Positions 48,573 through 62,845 are shown, counted from the first letter of the whole stretch. The stretch is DNA of 63,659 bases, filler included, from Asterionella formosa (GCA_002256025.1; 30 parts of 30 records of this genome joined end to end with filler, not necessarily neighbours in it); one strand, 5' to 3'. Numbers and translations: made by a program. Notes: a model not told the origin generated them from the sequence alone.

Positions 48573-50606
48573 CATTCAATACTTTTGTACAGTGTAAAAC
48601 GGATGACGGATTCTGATGGTTCATGCCGTACTTAGCTTGAGGTCGGTACGTGATGCATTGGATGTACCGGTACCAGGCAACAGGTACCTGATAGGCACCT
48701 GACATCGAGCATTGATGTACCGGTAGATAAATAGAGAATTATACTTGACGGTACTTATGACTTACTATGATATTATGGAGTATCAATACCGGTACGAGGT
48801 ACCAGGTACCTGGTACCTGATGGATGCGCATACATACATGTCAGTACGTACCGGTGTGTTGTAGAATCTTGTCGGCATGAACTTTTCTTTGTCCTTGTCA
48901 TTAAATATTGCGAAACCATATGATCGGTCTACATTTTGCCACGGCTCACCTTTGTCATTGCTAGCTACGGATGTGCTCATTTGTATGAAGCGATGATCGA
49001 TTATCGCAGCAATCAACCGAAGTCCATGCTGTCTCGTCAATCTCTGAAATACTAGCTAGTAGTATGCAGCAAAATTGCGGGTGAACTTTGGGTTGTGGTA
49101 TCTTGTGACAGTTGCATGTTGGTAATGCGACCACCATTCTAACAGCTCGTTGCATGTGTGGATGTGATTTTAAAATAGAATGTTGATGACTAGATATCAT
49201 GACAGCCATGAAAATGTTCGTTTGATTATGTAGTCGTCTGATTTATTCTGTTTACCATCCATNNNNNNNNNNNNNNNNNNNNNNNNNNNNNNNNNNNNNN
49301 NNNNNNTTAATTAATTAANNNNNNNNNNNNNNNNNNNNNNNNNNNNNNNNNNNNNNNNNNNNTGGTACCTGGTACCAGGTACTCGGTATTTCGGTATGCA
49401 GCAGCGGTAAGGAGAGGAAGGTGTGACTGATGGGACACCAACAGCAGGTGAAGGAGGGAAGTATGAGCTGCCAGTTTGTTTTTGGAACTATATACCGGGT
49501 ACTTGGGTTGTACTCCCAGCAGATCGAGATGCAATGTCGCCTAGTTTTGAAACTAAGGTGGATGACATCAGCCAGTCGACTCTCGTCTTGAAGGAGTGTT
49601 GACTCCTGACTACTACTAGTTATTGGTGGTAGCAGGAGTGACAAGTATGCAGAATGATGATTGAGAGTCCAGAAATGCCTCAAATGCGGTGTTTGAAGAA
49701 GTTTTCAACAATTAACAAGTTGATTAACCAACAGAAATGATGCAGGATGTGTGTCAAAGAGGTAGGAGGGAGGAAGCAATTCTGTCAGTATTGTAGTCTT
49801 TCTTTTACACCAAAAACTATTTGTTCTGTGGTAGGAATGCAAAAAGTTGGAATTAGGTTTGTAAGGTTGCTGAAAATTTTACAAGGGTTGAGCAGGACAT
49901 AGTAAGAATGGTGGAGTATTGTTGGTTGGCAAAGCGTTGTGTGTGGGATAGCTATGATGACTGCCCTACTTTGAGCTGTGTTCTTTTCACTGCCACATTG
50001 CAAATTGACAAAATGTATGAGGTATATATTCCAGATAGAACAATGCCACAGATTAGATTGCCAATCAATTGATATCTGCTGATCATCACGCTGGTGGTCA
50101 TACACAGCTAGTATGTATTTAGGCTATTATTACACAGATGCATGATTTCATACTACTGTAGCTACATTATTTTTTTCACTATTTTTCATTAGCTATATAT
50201 TGATTGTTTTCACTTCATTTCGGGTTTATGTATATTAGACATATACACACCTACCAATAATAGACTTGGTCCTCTATTTACTGTAATATAGTGCTATAGT
50301 ATATGTACTCGTGGTGACTCCATATTAAGTACTCTAATATATACAATGGTCTATTCCCCGCATACACGTACNNNNNNNNNNNNNNNNNNNNNNNNNNNNN
50401 NNNNNNNNNNNNNNNTTAATTAATTAANNNNNNNNNNNNNNNNNNNNNNNNNNNNNNNNNNNNNNNNNNNNATTGACAACAAAAAGTTGAAATCGCCGGT
50501 GGACGTTGTTTTTGGTCGTCATTTGCTCAGCTTTGAAGATATGACCAAAAGCGAGACACTTTTGAGTCCGTGGTGATTAGCTTGATACCTTTGACTAGAT
50601 AAGGGT

Positions 50607-50932
50607 TTTCTATGTTTTGTAGAAATAGATGAGAAACTTGAGCGACAGTATTCTCGGAGAGGGTCCAACATCTCAAGATACAAGAAATCCCTCTACGTCC
50701 TCGATTTTGTGATGAGTTTCGTGTAAGCACTACTAATTGCCGCGGTCCATATTTCTATGGAATCTTGATCAGGTCATTTGACAGTTTACTATGGACATAC
50801 TTTCAGCCATTCAACAATACATTGCTTGTTCTTTACGCGAATAAAAAGTTCGCATCGTGGAAATGATCACGAACTCCCCTGATTGGCGGTTTGTGTATTT
50901 TCGGACACTTTTATGCCAAAATTGTATTTTTC
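50607..50932. repeat. Second copy of the dispersed repeat at 12904-13209
   Basis: Colinear conserved blocks as listed for 12904-13209. Confidence 0.75.
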
Positions 50933-51883
50933 TTGTTCCTTTTGCTTTGTCGCTGAGTTTGAGATAGTAGCTCATTGGGATTGATGACTTTTTGTTGAAG
51001 TTTTCTATTTATGATAATTTAGCAATATCAATACTAATTGTGAATGGATAGCCAGGAGAAACAATACTATTTAGAGCAGCAGAAAAGCCAATAGATGAGC
51101 ACTAGAACTTGTTGCCGAAATTTTATTTGAGATAGCTTAGGACACGTAGAAAACATACTAGTCACCATATACAACGAAAATACCAGTTCAGTATGATGGA
51201 AGCCTAGCTTGGACCTATAATTGTACCAGCAAGTTGTGGTAATTTTGCTATATCTAGGGCTATGTTACGTCTTGGTGCCAGCAATAGTGATTCCAACTCC
51301 AAATCGATACATGCTTATCTCTTTGATATTTAATAAACCAGCCCAGCTGGCTGGCTCCCAATTAGCTACATTTAGCTTAAATCTGATTTAGCCGAAACAA
51401 TTGAGACGAATCTGTTATGCTTGTTGTTCCATTTGCTTACTGTAATGTTGAACAATTTAGCTTAATGTATCTTTGCTTAGNNNNNNNNNNNNNNNNNNNN
51501 NNNNNNNNNNNNNNNNNNNNNNNNTTAATTAATTAANNNNNNNNNNNNNNNNNNNNNNNNNNNNNNNNNNNNNNNNNNNNTTTACTAGGCCAAATAAACG
51601 AGTTAGCCCGGTAAAATCCACTATTTTCAGCATAGTTAAAAAACCGAAGTTCCTTTCTGCAGTTTCTCGCCAGATCCTATATCCTGACGATATATAGCGT
51701 TGACCTATACCCCTACTTTGATAAATGACTGTATTTAAGCATGTGGAAAGGGTGTGTATTGGTGAAAGCTCCGTTTAGCGATATACATTTACGTTTTACT
51801 CTTAAGAAGTCAATGTTTGACTACTCTGACTTAATATTATTTTTTTAACCCTACCTCGAGCTAGGGGTTCAAATGCAGGAACC

Positions 51884-51983
51884 TTAACTGGCGCGATAAT
51901 TAGCCAGGCTGACGAGTTACTACCGGTACCAGGTAGTACGTCTACATCTTTTATCAGCACCTACGGTTATGGTGGTACTATGT
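51884..51983 (+). repeat. Dispersed repeat beginning TTAACTGGCGCGATAATTAGCCAGG; second copy at 60226-60338
   Basis: Identical apart from a 13-bp indel, with different left flanks. Confidence 0.85.
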
Positions 51984-52177
51984 TTTTCCCTATTATTTTC
52001 TGTCGCAGCTCTGTACAGAGGCTGTGAAAGTCAAAGCGCTGCCCCCCGCCCCCCCTCTATTATACCGGAAAAATTTGGTACATCACCCATTATCGTGCGT
52101 TGCAACGGCCCGCGACAGGGTGGCTGTGGTTATGGAGCAGGGGGTAGAACGCCACAACATGACGAAGTCCCAAGGAT

Positions 52178-52500
52178 CATGAATGGGAAGAAAACTTTGC
52201 TGCATTCTGGTGGTACCATTGGACTTGGGAAACAGCGAGGAAGGTTGTATCCCGCCGTATCAAACGGTTTCGAATAAGAGGAGTTGGAACGAAGAGATGT
52301 GACAAGAACTGACCTGACACTTCTGTCCGACTTGGTCGATGGATGTCTCCCGCCTATTTGTGACTTCCTGCGCAACACAACAAAACTTGCCACAACGACG
52401 AATCAAACGGGTTTCGAATATGAGGAGTGGTTGGAACGAAGAGACTTGTCATAAACATGACACTTCTGTCCGACTCGGTCGATGGAGCAAAAGAAACGAC
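52178..52500 (+). pseudogene. Possible decayed helicase-associated (HA) domain repeats with an internal direct duplication
   Basis: EWEENFAA and two RLGRW motifs. ATCAAACGG..TTGGAACGAAGAGA..TGACACTTCTGTCCGACT.GGTCGATGGA occurs twice. Confidence 0.35.
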
Positions 52501-52689
52501 ACCAGCGTCCGGTTATTTGCAAATGGCTGTACTTGATTAAAAACAAATAACCATTTTGTTAGTAACTATTAATGAGTAAATAAAAATTCNNNNNNNNNNN
52601 NNNNNNNNNNNNNNNNNNNNNNNNNNNNNNNNNTTAATTAATTAANNNNNNNNNNNNNNNNNNNNNNNNNNNNNNNNNNNNNNNNNNNN

Positions 52690-53400
52690 TCTTTCCCGAC
52701 TCAGTGCATCAACTGGGCTGCCTTAGCCAGCATCACATCTCTGTCTGCATTGATCTTCTTGAATTCGAGGTCTTGATCTAGCTCGGACTTTTTCTTGAAT
52801 ATCTTTTCTTTTAGAAATGCAATAGTTTCTCTGCTTTCATGATGTTCATCTTGATGTTCTGGACTAATAGTGAGACATATTTCTTGGTTTTGCGACTTTT
52901 CAACGACCATTTCTGCTTCAGAGCTGATGTCTCCCACATTTCCGCCGGTATTTTCATTGATCGCATGAATTTGTTCATCAGATGAATGAGAATCACTGAG
53001 TTCTTCTTCATTATCAGCGATTTCAGGAGAATTATTAGCAAAATATGACACTGGATAGAACTGTGACTCTGTAGGAATAGAGTCTTCATCCGCGAAGAAC
53101 AACTGTTTGGGTTTCCTCTGTTCTTCTTTGAAAGCAATCTTTCCTTCTTTTCAATCTCTTCAACTATTGTATCGGCATACTCGCTTCATCATTTTTCTGG
53201 AGTATTATGAATCTGTTCAAATTCATTTGTTATTTGAGTGTATTCAAAGGAATCTTCGATTGATTTAATTAGTTTCTTCATCTTCTTTTCCGAAAACATA
53301 AAGTCTTGTAGCGTAAACAATGGAAGTAAGTCACGTTTCTTGTTTGACTGATCCTTTGCATGAAATCCATGAAATGCCATTTGGAAAGTTTTCAAAGGGC
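52690..53400 (-). pseudogene. Second copy of the Plavaka-associated ORF (homologous to 19918-20527)
   Basis: Colinear nucleotide match. The peptide PEHQDEHHESRETIAF.KEKIFKKKS.LDQDLEFKKINADR is present in both copies. Confidence 0.75.
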
Positions 53401-54722
53401 CAGAAGACTATGATGTAAGACAGTGGAAGGGAAGCGCTGAGCTTTTTGCGGCGCTTGTGGAGGTGCAGCTGGTGTGATGGTAACCGAGTGTAGTAATTGT
53501 TGAAGAGAGCACAGCAGTGTAATATGCGTATGCCGGCATGTGTATTGTTTACACAGTACACAAGCCGGCAAAAATACAGCTATAACAAGGAAAAACGACA
53601 CAACAATGAATGTGATGGCTGGTTGTTGAGGATACCGGTATGTGATATGCATCAATCCATATCACAAATCATATTATAGTGATGTACATATCAACGCNNN
53701 NNNNNNNNNNNNNNNNNNNNNNNNNNNNNNNNNNNNNNNNNTTAATTAATTAANNNNNNNNNNNNNNNNNNNNNNNNNNNNNNNNNNNNNNNNNNNNTGG
53801 TGCAACTAGATCGGTAGCGACGAACATGGTATCCAGTTGAACTGCTTCTGTTTACTTAAGTGAAAATGATAATTATGACTGTACATGTGCTACTACATGA
53901 GTATTCACTTGATAAGTTTCTTAAAACAAGGCTATGATCATACGTGGTCTTACTGGGGGTCAACTCCTACTTTCTCAATTGTTGTGTTGTGTTTCACAAT
54001 ATCAAATTGCAATCATCGAGTTGCCAAAATTGATCTAGTCCATTTTGCTCACGATGCAGTCGACTTTGTAAGACATTCATCTGCGTTCGTGCAGTTAAGT
54101 TTGGAAAGCGATTGCCGTAACATGTAGGCGCTAAATCCTTGATTATGTTCTGCTGTTGGGTTACTTCACTACTTGTAAGGCTACTAGTGCTGGCTGTTAG
54201 CTGTAAACTTTTCCCTCTCCAGTCACCCGTAAATGGTGAATGGAGACAGAGCCTATTCTATAAATGCGAAATAGTAAACTGCAACGAAGGTATCATCTAC
54301 ATGGTGACATCTAGATTATTGGTCAGCCTATGTCCTGGTTGGGAAATCCAAGGACTGCATCTCTCATGTATTTACCGGTACTGGTATAGCAGTCTACCGG
54401 TATGCATCATCATAATTAATTAGTCAGGAGTAATACCGGTATAACCGAGTACTATTAGGTATTCTTGTTCATGATACGCGCCCCTGATGGCTGATACAAT
54501 TCCAGCTACGCACCAGACAACTACCAGGTCCCGTGACTATGTACAAACCTGTAGCTATTTTTGAACTATGTATATACGGCATGTAGCCTCCACGTGGGGG
54601 AGGCTACATACCGTCGTCCACTTACAAAATCGGAGAGAAAACAACAAACAAGCTTGGATGTATAAAATGTGTCATTCGTTGCCATCATCAACCCCCAAAT
54701 TGATGCCCATCACGTTCTTACT

Positions 54723-54805
54723 ATGAGTCGACCCCTCCTCCTTGCTTCTCTGTTTGTTGCATCGGCACAAGTAACACTGTCATTTTCTTTTGACAAAGTC
54801 CTTTC
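54723..54805 (+). CDS. 5' end of a secreted or plastid-targeted protein, truncated
   Basis: MSRPLLLASLFVASAQVTLS-FSF looks like a signal peptide with F at +1 and runs into the contig end. Confidence 0.45.
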
Positions 54806-57800
54806 NNNNNNNNNNNNNNNNNNNNNNNNNNNNNNNNNNNNNNNNNNNNTTAATTAATTAANNNNNNNNNNNNNNNNNNNNNNNNNNNNNNNNNNNNNNN
54901 NNNNNATCAATTCATGCTAATTCTAATTACATATTTAACGGTAATATTTAGGCAGAAATAGGGATTCTTACGTATTGATACGTACAGCACCGGTAGTACG
55001 AAATATCGACTACTTGGTACACCAGGTACTGGTAGATAGATACTGGTATGTATCATGACTAATTACCAGGTACCGATAGCTATGTATGATGCACTTTAGT
55101 ACTGAGTACCAGTACCTGGTAACAACCACGACAGCGAAGGAACAAAATAACTCGTATGAATCACACACACAGAAGAAGATAAAAAAAAAAGAAGTGTATA
55201 TTCATGTACGAACATCGTATCAAAGATAAATAAATATATGAATGATCTAACGACTATAAAATAATCTATATCATCATGTATCATCACACATAATACAGTA
55301 CTGGTACCTGGTAGATGAAATATGAGAAGCATCATCATGCCGCATGATTCGTTGTCTACCGGTATTTGTGATGTGTTGTCGTACGTGGAGTACCAGGACA
55401 GGTACCTGGTACCAGGGTACCAGTACCATGCATCAGGTACCAGTACCCTGGTAAATTTCAATCATGATATACCGGTAGATTTACCGGTATACCTACCACA
55501 TTATCGAATTTTTTTTGTGAACTTTTTAAACTTTGCTTTAAAATTAGTATATTAACTCTTTGAGTAAATCATCATTTCTATATGGATATATCATCATCAT
55601 GCTAAAATATAACGCCAGTAAATTAAAATAAAATTATTCATAGAGATTTTTTCCATTTTCCACAATTCATGTTAGGGGTTTGCGGTTTTTTTGGTGGTGT
55701 CGGCCATTTCTTCTCCAACAACATTCTCTCTCTTCCTTGGGACTATTTTATAATACAAAGTAGTCACAATCAATACTAGTCCTTCGTTGTCATTTATATA
55801 TATCTATATCTATAATTCATAACGACATCGAGACAAAATTGGAAGGGCAGGACAACGGCAAGAACAAGAACAAGATCAACGGCGAACAAGTTACATGATT
55901 CAACCAACAAAGANNNNNNNNNNNNNNNNNNNNNNNNNNNNNNNNNNNNNNNNNNNNTTAATTAATTAANNNNNNNNNNNNNNNNNNNNNNNNNNNNNNN
56001 NNNNNNNNNNNNNGCCAACAAAAGCGCCTAGTCCATCATCAAGATTGCCTACCCCACCAACAAGGTCGCCCATTCCACCATCGGGAGCCCCTATTCCAGA
56101 ATCCGATATCCATGCTCCTCCCAAGGGGATTTATACCGCTTTCCCTTCATTAAGTCCACATTGAATATAGACATTTCAAGTAACAGCTGTGCTCAATAGA
56201 CTAACTTTTCTGAAACTTGAGACACAAGTTTGTTTATCAAGTCTAGCTGTATATAGATGGCTAAATCACCATGACAGACATAGAGCAGTACTACTTTTCA
56301 CATCATTTGATTTGATTCGTAGTGGTATGTACTTGATTGCATCATTTTATTCTTTCCATGGTATGTTGTAGTATCCACACTTGCACTCGTAAGCACAGAA
56401 GTGAATTTTCTTCCAAGGATTGACCGTGATAAACGAGTCTGCACTATTACTATTAAGTAGGAGTACCGGTAGTGGATTACTTTGTTGCTTTGAAAAATGG
56501 TTGAATATAGTTAACATGTTTTGTTCCTTTTGATGAGACCATCATCGTAGTGGCTTGGCTGACTGGTCAAATGATTGTTGATCCTATGGACAGGTCTGAC
56601 CATTAAAAAAATCTATGGATGATGTTGCAGGCGATGAGGTGGACTCACTAAGATTTAATTTTAAAGTGCACAACTATAGCCATACTATACTATTACACCA
56701 CTCTCAAGCTCCAGAAAGGCCAATACAATTCAGTGGAGGAATCATATCACGATGAGGATGGGCTGGGCGGTGGAACGAGGCAATGAAGGAAGTGTATGTA
56801 ACCTTTGAAGTGATGAATTGAATTATTCATTTCTTACTCTACAGGGAATTCTTGAGGAGGTGATTAAAGACAAGGAGTCAATGATAACAACATTCCGAAA
56901 ATTGGGAAAGCATGATCACTACTAGAATGACATGGAATACTACAAGAGCGAGAAGCAAGTGAGGAGTGAAGAAATCGAAGTGGCAAGCACTTTGTTAGAC
57001 AACTTAGATGGAGAAGATATGNNNNNNNNNNNNNNNNNNNNNNNNNNNNNNNNNNNNNNNNNNNNTTAATTAATTAANNNNNNNNNNNNNNNNNNNNNNN
57101 NNNNNNNNNNNNNNNNNNNNNAGGCTAAATATATATATCTAAGGCTTTCCGGGTTTAAATTTATTTGGAGGAATTGTTTTGAAACGTGCTTCCGACCCTA
57201 AAATTCTCAGTTTGACTAGAAAAATACTGGCAAGCAAATCTGTGGCTCCTCTTTTTTGATTATAATCAAGATTCAAGAAAAACTTGTACAAAGGCAGTGC
57301 AGGAGTAGGCGAAATGAATGCTGCCCGAAGAGAAGCTAACATTGCTTGTGCCCACATTTGCTATTGCTCTCCTGCCCTTCATTGCTTCTAGTACCATCCA
57401 TTTCCGGATTTTGGGCAAAAAATGAAACTGACATCCAAAGGTAACTGCTGGCGGCCTTCGACATCTCAGATCAAGTTTTTCTTACACTAGTAGTATTTAC
57501 CATAAATATCAGTTTTCAGCTAACCCCCATCATTCTACTTTCGCTCTCTCTATCAACGGATGGCTTATCTTTGTAATTTAATCATCATTGTCTTCTTGTC
57601 ATTATGGTTGCTTTTTTTGCCTGCACATCGTCATCAGATCATTTCGAAAATTAGGGGCTTTTAGTGCCAACAAAGTTGGTCTCTGCGCTTTCCTCTGTAT
57701 TCTAAGAAAATTTCTTGAGCTTAGATGTATCCCTCAGGGCACTCTCCGTAATGATGGCACATGGCATATTGAACAAATGTCACTTGTCAGGAGGTTATGG

Positions 57801-59330
57801 TTCGTTCAATGCAGCTGGGCTTGGGCGGAGTTTGCGTCATTGCTTAGATTCCCTATAAATCTATTAGAAGCATTACAACAAGTAGGACATCTGCCTCTAA
57901 GTCAATAGCACTTTTGGTTTTTACAACTCATTTCATTTTAGCTGTCATAGTCTACCATTTGGTGCAACCAACATGATGGAGGTGATTGAGTGGTCACCAT
58001 AGCTATTACGTTAACAACAATGATTCTAGTCGAGCTACGCAGGGGGGTCTCGATGATTCCACCTTTAATAATATCAAATTTTTCACTAAAGAAAAAGATG
58101 GACGAGCTAAGCAAATCAATTTGAATCCTNNNNNNNNNNNNNNNNNNNNNNNNNNNNNNNNNNNNNNNNNNNNTTAATTAATTAANNNNNNNNNNNNNNN
58201 NNNNNNNNNNNNNNNNNNNNNNNNNNNNNTTATGCAATATTCGCTCTCCAGCCATTCAGAATGACTACACTGTAGTGTATTAAATATAGAAAAAGCATAA
58301 TCTAAGCTAAATAATTACATTCTAGTGCCTATGTGGGCTACCTCAGGTACCCTGTACATGAATCCATCAAAAGGTGTATGATATATTGCATGTTTCATGG
58401 GCAATACATTGCTTACTTCACCTTATGTTTACCGGTATGTTGTATCATCATTAACTACAGTGTTATGTTGGTATGCGGCTGTGATGGCATTTGGGTTGAA
58501 ATGATGACATCACACATCAAGGGAAATTGATACTTTAATCAAAATGGTCAAACATTAAGCAAATCCTAGCTACTATGGTACCAACTGGCAGAATAAGTAA
58601 AAAGATCCTAGGTCTCAATATTGTAGGCTAAATCAGATTAAAGTTACAGACAATTCCAAACAACCAGGTGGTCAGGTGGTTTATTAAATGAAAAATCAAA
58701 AGAGATACACATGAATCAATTTGGAATTGGAATCACTATTGCCAGCACGATGACGTATGTAGCACTAAAGTTTGGATACTGCTCGTTTAGCAAAATTACC
58801 GCAACTTGCCGGTAAGCTGAGTACCAGGTACCTGGTACCACCATCTTGCTTCATGTGCATATTTTTATGCATCATCACGCACATCCCGGCCTTTCTACGA
58901 CTAATCAGAGTTGATTTTTCAACCAAAAAGGGAGTACAAAATCAACCGTCAATGCAACCGGGTTGATTTTTTCTTTGTTGTGCAATACTGTATTTTCTCG
59001 TGATCAAGTACGGAAAAATACCGTCAAGGTATTTTACCATCCGCAGTAGAACGATACTTGAGGCCTACAGAAAAATACAACCTGGGTTGATTTTTACAAG
59101 TAATACAAATGTACTAGCACCAGTACTCCGAGTGGTACCAGGCTACCAGGTACCAGATACCATGGAGGGACCGGTAGCGCACGTTCTGTTCGCACCTTTC
59201 AATTTCGACACACTCCCAAGAGATCGTCTCNNNNNNNNNNNNNNNNNNNNNNNNNNNNNNNNNNNNNNNNNNNNTTAATTAATTAANNNNNNNNNNNNNN
59301 NNNNNNNNNNNNNNNNNNNNNNNNNNNNNN

Positions 59331-60052
59331 ATTCACTAGAATAATGAAGGGATGCTCTTCAACTTTACCAACATCTGGTGGTTCTGTCCTGGACTGAACA
59401 ATCGTATTCCGGGAAAGGAACTGTAACTTTCCATCCTCAACCATTCCTGTTTTTATAATTAAGTATTCTTGTTTGGAACAGGAAGCCAACAGCAAGCACG
59501 ACACCTCATTTTGAACTTACTTTTGAAACCCTTTCTGATTGATGTTGAAACAGCATTCCTTTTTTCAGACATATTTTTGTTGATGTCACACTTATATGTG
59601 AACCAAAATGATTCAAACTCTTCGTCAGTACCATTTCTGAGTGATGGGAAATGATAACGAACAGCACAAGCAATGCTGTTGGGTTCCCTCATTTCCAAAT
59701 CATAATCACCTGTGACGAATTTAACTTTTGGAAACAATTCCTCTCTGACCCAGCTAGCCAGAAGGTTTGTCCAATGTTTGCACCGGCCAATTCCACCTAC
59801 TACTCCAATTGTTAAACGGTTGTTTTCAGCTGCTAATTCACGTAGGCGCTTGATTTCCTGTGTACTCTCAGACAATAGAATTTGGAGTTTATCTCTTTCT
59901 TGTTCTGCCGTCAACCTCCCATCTCCTTTGACACTCTCTTCCGATTCATTATACTCCTCAAGTTGATAATCGTCGTATCCATCCGATGCAGGATTGTCTG
60001 GTATGGAGTCTGTATCAGACAACGATGCAGAATTGTGTCGATTAGCCCACAT
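59331..60052 (-). CDS. Hypothetical protein resembling accessory ORFs of diatom DNA transposons; intron 59447-59520; truncated
   Basis: WVREELFPKVKF...FW..YK..I...MSEKRNAVSTSIRKGF. A GTAAGT...AACAG phase-1 intron joins in frame to RMVEDGK. A multicopy repeat lies upstream. Confidence 0.5.
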
Positions 60053-61347
60053 GGTGGTGGTTTGGCAAAAGTTAAGTTAACACGTCGTTTGTTAAAACAA
60101 CAAAATCATTGTGATCTGCTACTAGTGACAGCACTTCTAAGTACTATTGGAGACAATCAATGCTCGTGATGTGTTGATTCACGGCATACCTACCCGGTAG
60201 TTATCATAATATTGCTTTTATGAATTTAACTGGCGCGATAATTAGCCAGGCTGACGAGTTACTACCGGTACCAGGTAGTACGTCTACATCTTTTATCATC
60301 ACCTTTAAGTAGCACCTACGGTTATGGTGGTACTATGTNNNNNNNNNNNNNNNNNNNNNNNNNNNNNNNNNNNNNNNNNNNNTTAATTAATTAANNNNNN
60401 NNNNNNNNNNNNNNNNNNNNNNNNNNNNNNNNNNNNNNGGGATATTCAAGTCCATACAGCACCAAGACACAACTAAAGTGAAATTGTTTCTTTTACTTAG
60501 TTTGTACTCAATTGTATCATATTTGAATTGTTTCATTTGGACAGAAGTCAAGGTGTTTCTACAGAGTACTGATTATCTCTATAATATAGAGAAGACTAGT
60601 TGCCACTTTGCAGGATTGGTTGTGGACAATTATTGTTTCATGTATTCATGAAATATGTCATGGTCTGGAAGAATCATTTCAAAAAGCAAAAGAAGGAGTT
60701 TGAGTGTAAGCTAAACTATCAACCCATTAACTATAAGTCTCTAGATAACTTGTGAACAGTAAATATCTACATGTCTTCCGATAGTATTATTGCAAGGCAT
60801 ACTCTAGCTTCATCCATACACCGGAACCGGTATGTTGACTCCCGGCAACGATAGACAACATATCGGTAGACTACCTGGTACCGTACGTCATGCTACAGTT
60901 AGTTGGTGGTAAAAGATTAGCCATGAGAAGTATGAATGACGATGGTGGTGGGAGGAGAGGAAATGATCCGTCAGTCCTTCCATCCCACGCACATCATGTT
61001 GTTCGACACGACCATCCTTGCACAATTTTGTTCGAATACATTTCCTCCACGCTGCCAACCTAGCTAATGGCACATCACCTGGCTGATATGGTAGAAGTAA
61101 ACTACCAGTATTGCATTACAAAAAGTCCACTCGTTCCTTCCCCCCCCTTCTATTTCTTTCTATATAAAACAACTCTCTCTCTATCATTCGTATGTATTCA
61201 TACATGATTGTTTTTTAATGTACCGGTAGTGCGCTCCATCTATTTATCGATCCTGCTGTCATTATTTTACAACTCTTGTTACGACCACTAATAATAATAA
61301 TAAACAACATAACTGCATCCATCCACCCATCCATTCATTCATCCTCC

Positions 61348-61396
61348 ATGGCGTCTCGTGGTGCACCTCCCGGTATGGGACAAGTCATGGTCTTGA
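61348..61396 (+). CDS. Probable first exon of chaperonin CCT gamma subunit
   Basis: MASRGAPPGMGQVMVL followed by a phase-1 donor GTACGT resembles the VMVLN start of CCT3. Only 16 codons are visible. Confidence 0.4.
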
Positions 61397-61545
61397 GTAC
61401 GTATTTTTCAATCTGTAAACCAACGGAGCCATCGTTGTGGAAGCGNNNNNNNNNNNNNNNNNNNNNNNNNNNNNNNNNNNNNNNNNNNNTTAATTAATTA
61501 ANNNNNNNNNNNNNNNNNNNNNNNNNNNNNNNNNNNNNNNNNNNN

Positions 61546-62552
61546 ACGTATGCAGGAATAGTTAAAGCCATTATTTCCAGAATTGCATTATTGGCTGTGG
61601 CCCCCCAAAGGTCTATAATGACAATGTTGTGCTTTATCAAATTGTCATAATCTGTAAAGTTCGAAGTGTAAAACATCGTCACAGAGGGGTCAGTTGATGT
61701 TGAATTATCTATTGCCAACTCAGAAGGCAATTCATTTTTCATCATTTCTACCTCAGCACTGCCTTTTGGTGCCCCTGGTAGCCATAACTTCTGTCGTGTT
61801 GTCTTTAAAGTGTGTATTGTGGCTAATCGTCTATACTGTTGTCCAAGCAAGATAACTCCTGCACTTGAAGACTGAATCAAAATGTCAAGATCTTGCAAAG
61901 TGAATTGTTCACTGCTTTCCACTGTCACTGGATGTCGAACTGTGTAAACAGCAACTTTCCCAAACCCATTAGAATTCAGATATTTTGTCAAGAATGTTCG
62001 GACATCATCAGACAGAACAAACAAAGCGAGGCAGTGCTCAAGACTTGCCAGAAAGTTACTGTTCCTTAATGTATTCTCGAGGCGTAATGTTTGATGAATG
62101 TGTACGGGAAGATTCATAGCGTGATGCATGATACCAACCCATGGCATTCTCACTGTTTCTTTCTTGTCCGATTCAAAATATTTCTCTACGAAATCCAGAA
62201 AAAATATGTCGGTCAGGTTACCGCCTTTTCGATCAATGTCGATATTTTCAGAATTTGTAACCATAAGATTGGAATCAATCAAATACTGTATCACGCGTCC
62301 CCATCCACTTCGATGGCTCACCGTTTGAAAATAACTGTCATCTGCCAAATGAAATTTCATGGCTTTACTTTCCTTTAGCGTCGTGACAAAATTCGGATTC
62401 CAAAAGTCACAGAGCATATAGTTCTTGGGACGGTTAGCTGTGATTTCAGCAAGAAAAGTATGTGCTTCGTCTTCATAAGTGGCTGTGGTCGAGTCGATAA
62501 TAAACTTCCAGAGCTGTGATAACGCTAGGGTTTCATTATAAGACCGAGTGCA
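61546..62552 (-). CDS. Glycosyltransferase-like (GT-B) protein of a family I recall from giant viruses and cyanobacteria; partial at both ends
   Basis: HRSGW, DFVEKYF, PWVGIMHH, SLEHCLALFVLS, RHPV, GQQYRR and YDNLIKHNIVIIDLWGATANNAILE. The frame is open across the whole contig with no intron. Confidence 0.6.
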
Positions 62553-62652
62553 NNNNNNNNNNNNNNNNNNNNNNNNNNNNNNNNNNNNNNNNNNNNTTAA
62601 TTAATTAANNNNNNNNNNNNNNNNNNNNNNNNNNNNNNNNNNNNNNNNNNNN

Positions 62653-62845
62653 TCATTTCCGTGGGGTATGCACTGTTTGTGGTAGTCGACATTTTGTGAG
62701 AGAACTGTTTCGTGATCACGCTGGCAATCGTGGAATGATAGCGATGGGCATTGAATGCGAAGGCGCGTGTGCACGTGCGTTTTGAGAAGGCTGATACAAC
62801 GTAAAACAGAACCATGAGAACAGGAATCAGATTGTTTGGCAGCAT
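62653..62845 (-). CDS. 5' end of a plastid-targeted protein, truncated
   Basis: MLPNNLIPVLMVLFYVVSA-F signal plus an S/T/R-rich transit peptide. The mature part (..SAYPTEM) is too short to assign. Confidence 0.55.

Noticed and set aside
49400..50110. Possible highly decayed Harbinger transposase on the minus strand
   Set aside because: Only faint motif echoes (VYDHQR, EQIVFGV) are visible, too weak to call.
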